Shown here: in pieces, positions 59,840-64,000 of the stretch
Position numbering within the stretch: the stretch's first letter is position 1
Layout of the letters: the number at the start of each line of letters is the position of its first letter
Assembly: GCA_030390025.1 (NCBI GenBank)
Contig: JASTWF010000121.1
Location: 682,001-746,000 of the forward strand
From: Squalus acanthias
Taxonomy: Eukaryota
Direction of reading: 5' to 3'
DNA length: 64,000 nucleotides
The notes under the pieces: model-generated
The model's database searches: none
The model's input: only the letters and a program-made list of their open reading frames with translations
What the model was told of the DNA's origin: nothing
Program-made: the position numbers and the translations under genes

Positions 59840-60564
59840 GGCCCAGATATTCCGATCCCTACGGGTGGGTACGCGCTGTGTCCCCATCTGTAGGGACATC
59901 GGAAATGCCGTTTTCAGGCATGCACAGCGCATGCGCTGAAAACCCACATTTCCACTCTGTCAAGAATGCTCTTAACAGATCGGACGCCTGCCCTGGAGAA
60001 GGGCCTCTGCGGGCGGATAGTTCCGCTTTTTGGAGACCCTCCGCCCGCAGAAATCCCTGACAATTCTTACGCCTGGTAAAAGCCTGCATAAGGCCTGCTC
60101 TTACCAGGATAAGAGTTGAAAACTGTAAAAATACTTTAAAAAAAAGGTAAGTTTATTTTTAGCCACGTAAGAACTTAAATTATTTTTTTCAAAAATTAAA
60201 ATTTTTGTTTAAAATATTTAATTTATTGTAATTTCAAGTCACTTTAAAATTGTGATTTTTTAAAAAATTTACTTAAGGTTTTACTATGTTTTTGGGGTGA
60301 ACTCCATTCATATATTTGACAGGTCTTCCTGTCAAGTGTATGAAGGGAGATTCCTTTCTTTGATTGGCTCCCCATGGCCCACGTGATCCCAGGGACGCTG
60401 TGAACTACCTGCGCCTCTGGGATACGTGGGCCCTGCGCACTAGGAGCTTGGAGAGGCCCAGGATCGGAAGCGTGTGCGTCCCGGGAGCCCTCAGGTAAGG
60501 GCGTAGATTTTTCCAGATCGCAGGCCTCTGCCCGCGGGAAACCTGCGATCGGAAAATACGGGCC
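59840..60564. mobile_element. MITE family B-related copy 4 (diverged, opposite orientation)
   Basis: TIRs ggcccagatatt / aaaatacgggcc. Same internal CACGTG, CCAAT, hairpin and AT-rich core, in reverse. Confidence 0.78.
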
Positions 60565-60735
60565 ATAGAGTCTGCTAAGGGATATAGATAGGTTAAGTGA
60601 ATGGGCAAAAATTCGGCAGATGGAGTATAATGTAGGAAAATGTGAGGTTATCCACTTTGGTAGGAAGAATAAAAAGCTAAATATTATTTAAATGGACAGA
60701 GACTACAGAATGCTGTGGTACAGAGGGATCTGGGT

Positions 60736-63145
60736 ATAAGAACATAAGAACTTAAGAAATAGGAGCAGGAATAGGCCACTTGGCCCCTTGAGCCTGCTCC
60801 GCCATTCAATAAGATCATGGCTGATCTTGGGCTCAAAGCCACTTCCCTGCCCCGGTCCCCATAATCCTTTACTCCCTTATCTTGCAAAAATTTGTCTATC
60901 TCCACCTTAAATGTATTTAATGACCCAGCCTCCACGGCTCTCTTGGGCAGAGAATTCCACAGATTTACGACCCTCTGAGAGAAGAAATTCCTCCTTATCT
61001 CAATTCTAAAAGGGCGACATTTTATTCTGAAACTATGCCCCCGAGTTCTAGATTTCCCCACGAGGGGAAACAACCTCTCTGCACCTACCTTGTCGAGCCC
61101 CCTCAGTATCTTATATGTTTCAATAAGATCACCTCTCATTCTTCTAAATTCCAATGAGTATAGGCCCAACCTGCTCAACATTTCTTCATAAGTCAACGCC
61201 CTCATCTCTGGAATTAACCTAGTGAATCGTCTCTGAACTGCCTCCAATGCAAGTATATCCTTCCTTAAATAAGGAGACCAAAACTGTACGCAGTACTCCA
61301 GGTGTGGTCTCACCAGTACCCTGTACAGTTGTAGCAGGACTTCCCTGCTTTTATACTCAAACCCCCTTGCAATAAAGGCCAACATTACATTTGCCTTTTT
61401 AATTACTTGCTGTACCTGCATGCTAACCTTTTGTGTTTCATGCACAAGGACCCCAAGGTCCCTCTGAACTGTATCATTTTGTAATCTCTCTCCATTTAAA
61501 TACTAATTTGCTTTTTTATTTTTTTTGCCAAAGTGGATAACCTCGCACTTTCCCACATTGTACTCCATCTGCCAAATGTTTGCCCACTCACGTAGCCTGT
61601 CTATATCCCTTTGCAGATTCTTTGACTTCTCTGCACAACTTGCTTTCTCACCCATCTTTGTTTCATCCGCAAACTTGGCTACATTAAACTCGGTCCCTTC
61701 ATCCAAGTCATTAATGTAGATTGTAAATAGTTGAGGCCCCAGCACCGATCACTGTGGCACCCCACTAGTTACCATTTGCCAACCGGAAAATGACCCATTT
61801 ATCCCGACGCTCTGCTTTCTGTTAGTTAGCCAATTCTCTATCCATGCTAATATATTACCCCCAACTCTGTGAGCTCTTATCTTATGCAGTAATGTTTTAT
61901 GTGGCACCTTATCGAATGTCTTCTGGAAATCCAAATACAACACATCCACTGGCTCCCTGCTCGTTACATCCTCAAAGAACTCCCGCAAATTTGTTAAACC
62001 TGATTTCCCTTTCATAAAACCATGCTGACTCTGCTTGACTGCATTATGATTTTCCAAAGGCCCTGCTACTGCTTCCTTAATGAAGGAATCCAGCATTTTC
62101 ACAGCAACAGATGTTAGGCTAACTGGTCTATAGTTTCCTGCTTTCTGTCTCCCTCCTTTCTTAAATAGGGATGTTACATTTGTGGTTTTCCAATCTGCTG
62201 GGACCTCTCCAGAATCCAGGGAATTTTGGTATATTGCAACCAATGCAGCCACTATCTCTGCAGCCACTTTTTTTAAGACAGGCTCGAGGGGCCGAATGGC
62301 CTACTCCTGCTCCTATCTTCTATGTTTAAGACCCTGGGATGCAGGCCATCTGGTCCAGGGGACTTGTCGTCTTTTAGTCCCATTATTTTACCTGGTAATA
62401 TTTCCTTATTGATAGTAATTGTCTTTAGATTCCCCCCTCCTTGTGGCCCCTTGATTATCCATTATTGGGATGTTGTTAGTGTTATCTACTGTGAAGACAG
62501 ATACAAAATATTTGTTCAGAGTCACTGCCATTTCCCCGTATCCCATTATTAATTCCCCAGTCTCATTCTCTAAGGGACCAACATTAACTTTAGCAACTCT
62601 CTTCCTTTTTATATACCTGTAGAAGCTCTTACTATCTGTTTTAATACTTCTTGCCAGTTTACTCTCATAATTCATCTTCTCTCTCTTTATTATTTTTTAG
62701 TCATCCTTTGCTGGTTTTTAAAAATTTCCCAATCCTCTGGCCTCCCACCAATCTTGGCAACATTGTATGCCTTCATTTTCAATTTGATGCCATCCTTTAC
62801 TTCCTTAGTTAGCCATGGATGGTGCTCCCTTCTCTTAAAATCTTTCTTTCTCACTGGAATATATTTTTGTTGAGAGTTATGAAATATCTCCTTAAATGTT
62901 TGCCACTGCATTTCAACTGACTTACCTTTTAATTTTTTATTCCAGTTCATTTTAGCCAGTTCTGCCATCATGCCATTGTAATTGTTTTTGTTTAAGATCA
63001 GAATACTGGCTTGAGATTCAACTTTCTCACCCTCCAACTGAATTTGAAATCCAACCATGCTATGATCACTCTTTCCTACAGGATCCTTTACTATGAGATT
63101 ATTTATGAATTCTGTCTCATTACACAGTACCAGATCCAAGAGAGC
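60736..63145 (-). mobile_element. CR1 LINE, 5'-truncated, nested
   Basis: ORF2 fragments 60684-63184; (TTCTTATG)n tail at ~60736-60755. Confidence 0.9.
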
Positions 63146-64000
63146 CTCATACATGAAACACAAAAAGTTAGCATGCAGGTACATGAAGTAATTAGGAAGG
63201 CAAATGGAATGTTGGCCTTTATTGCAAAGGGGAATGGAGTATAAAAGTAGGGAAGTCTTGCTACAACTGTACAGGGCATTGGTGAGACCACACCTGGAGA
63301 ACTGCGTACAGTTTTGGTCTTCTTATTTAAGGAGGGATATACTTGCATTGGAGGCAGTTCAGAGAAGGTTCACGGGGTTGATTCCTGAGTTGAAAGGGTT
63401 GTCTTATGAAGAAAGGTTGAGCAGGTTGGGCCTATACTCATTGGAGTTTAGAAGAATGAGAGGGGATATTATTGAAACATATAAGATTTTGAAGGGGCTT
63501 GACAGGGTAGATGCAGAGAGGATGTTTCCCCTCATGGGGGAATTTAGAACTAGGGAGCATGATTTCAGAATAAGGGGCCAGCCATTTAATAGAGTCACAG
63601 GGCTGGATTTTCATTGACCCGTGGAGGCGGGTTTGGAGGCGTGTGGGGGGTTAAAATTGCGAAAACTGGCGGGCGGGCACAAGCCCGCCTTCATCCCGCC
63701 TCCACGCAATTATCATTAAATTGTGTCTGCTGGTCCCGACTCCGTCCCGCCTCTAAGAGACGGGATAGGCTGTTAAGGCCCTTAACAAGCACTAAATTGG
63801 CTCTATAATGCCATTTTGAAAGGCCTTTGTGATTTTAACCCTTGATCTACGTGAAGCACGCCTGTTCTGAACCACGATTGTGAAACCTGGCGGGAGCACA
63901 TTTGGATAGCTGACTATCAGCTGCAGGTCCACTATTACAACGGAGATGTGATGAAGGCAGTAGTAGTATTAGGTCTGAAAGTAGCTTCTGATGCTGCTGC

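Larger units (their letters stand above)
59565..63590 (+). mobile_element. CR1 RT fragment hosting MITE B copy 4 and a minus-strand CR1
   Basis: Host is continuous across gacacaaa|gagtctgc and across ggatctgggt (60735) | cctcatacatgaaacac (63146). Confidence 0.85.

Overview
Vertebrate genomic DNA, most likely from a cartilaginous fish (shark-type HE1/V-SINE, Deu-domain SINE and CR1 families). The large majority of the window is transposable-element and tandem-repeat sequence: many nested CR1 LINEs, a young Gypsy LTR element, Penelope-like elements with hammerhead ribozyme cores, SINEs and DNA-transposon MITEs. Between the repeats, on the minus strand, is the 5' part of one immune-type gene. 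It has a 52-nt signal-peptide exon (43015-42964) followed by four intact phase-1/phase-1 exons (32097-31744, 20025-19678, 14866-14519, 5603-5256). Each of the four encodes a complete antigen-receptor-like V domain with the J motif already fused and no RSS. Spliced in order they give an open 483-codon frame, L-V1-V2-V3-V4, that runs off the left edge of the window, so no C, TM or cytoplasmic exon is visible. This non-rearranging multi-VJ receptor is the best candidate for a novel system. Other notable points: likely exon-limited gene conversion between V2 and V4, PU.1/ETS/RUNX motif clusters, a probably self-priming Gypsy element, and MITE hairpins with compensatory changes. All coordinates and identities were read by eye; repeat boundaries are approximate unless a TSD or TIR is quoted.
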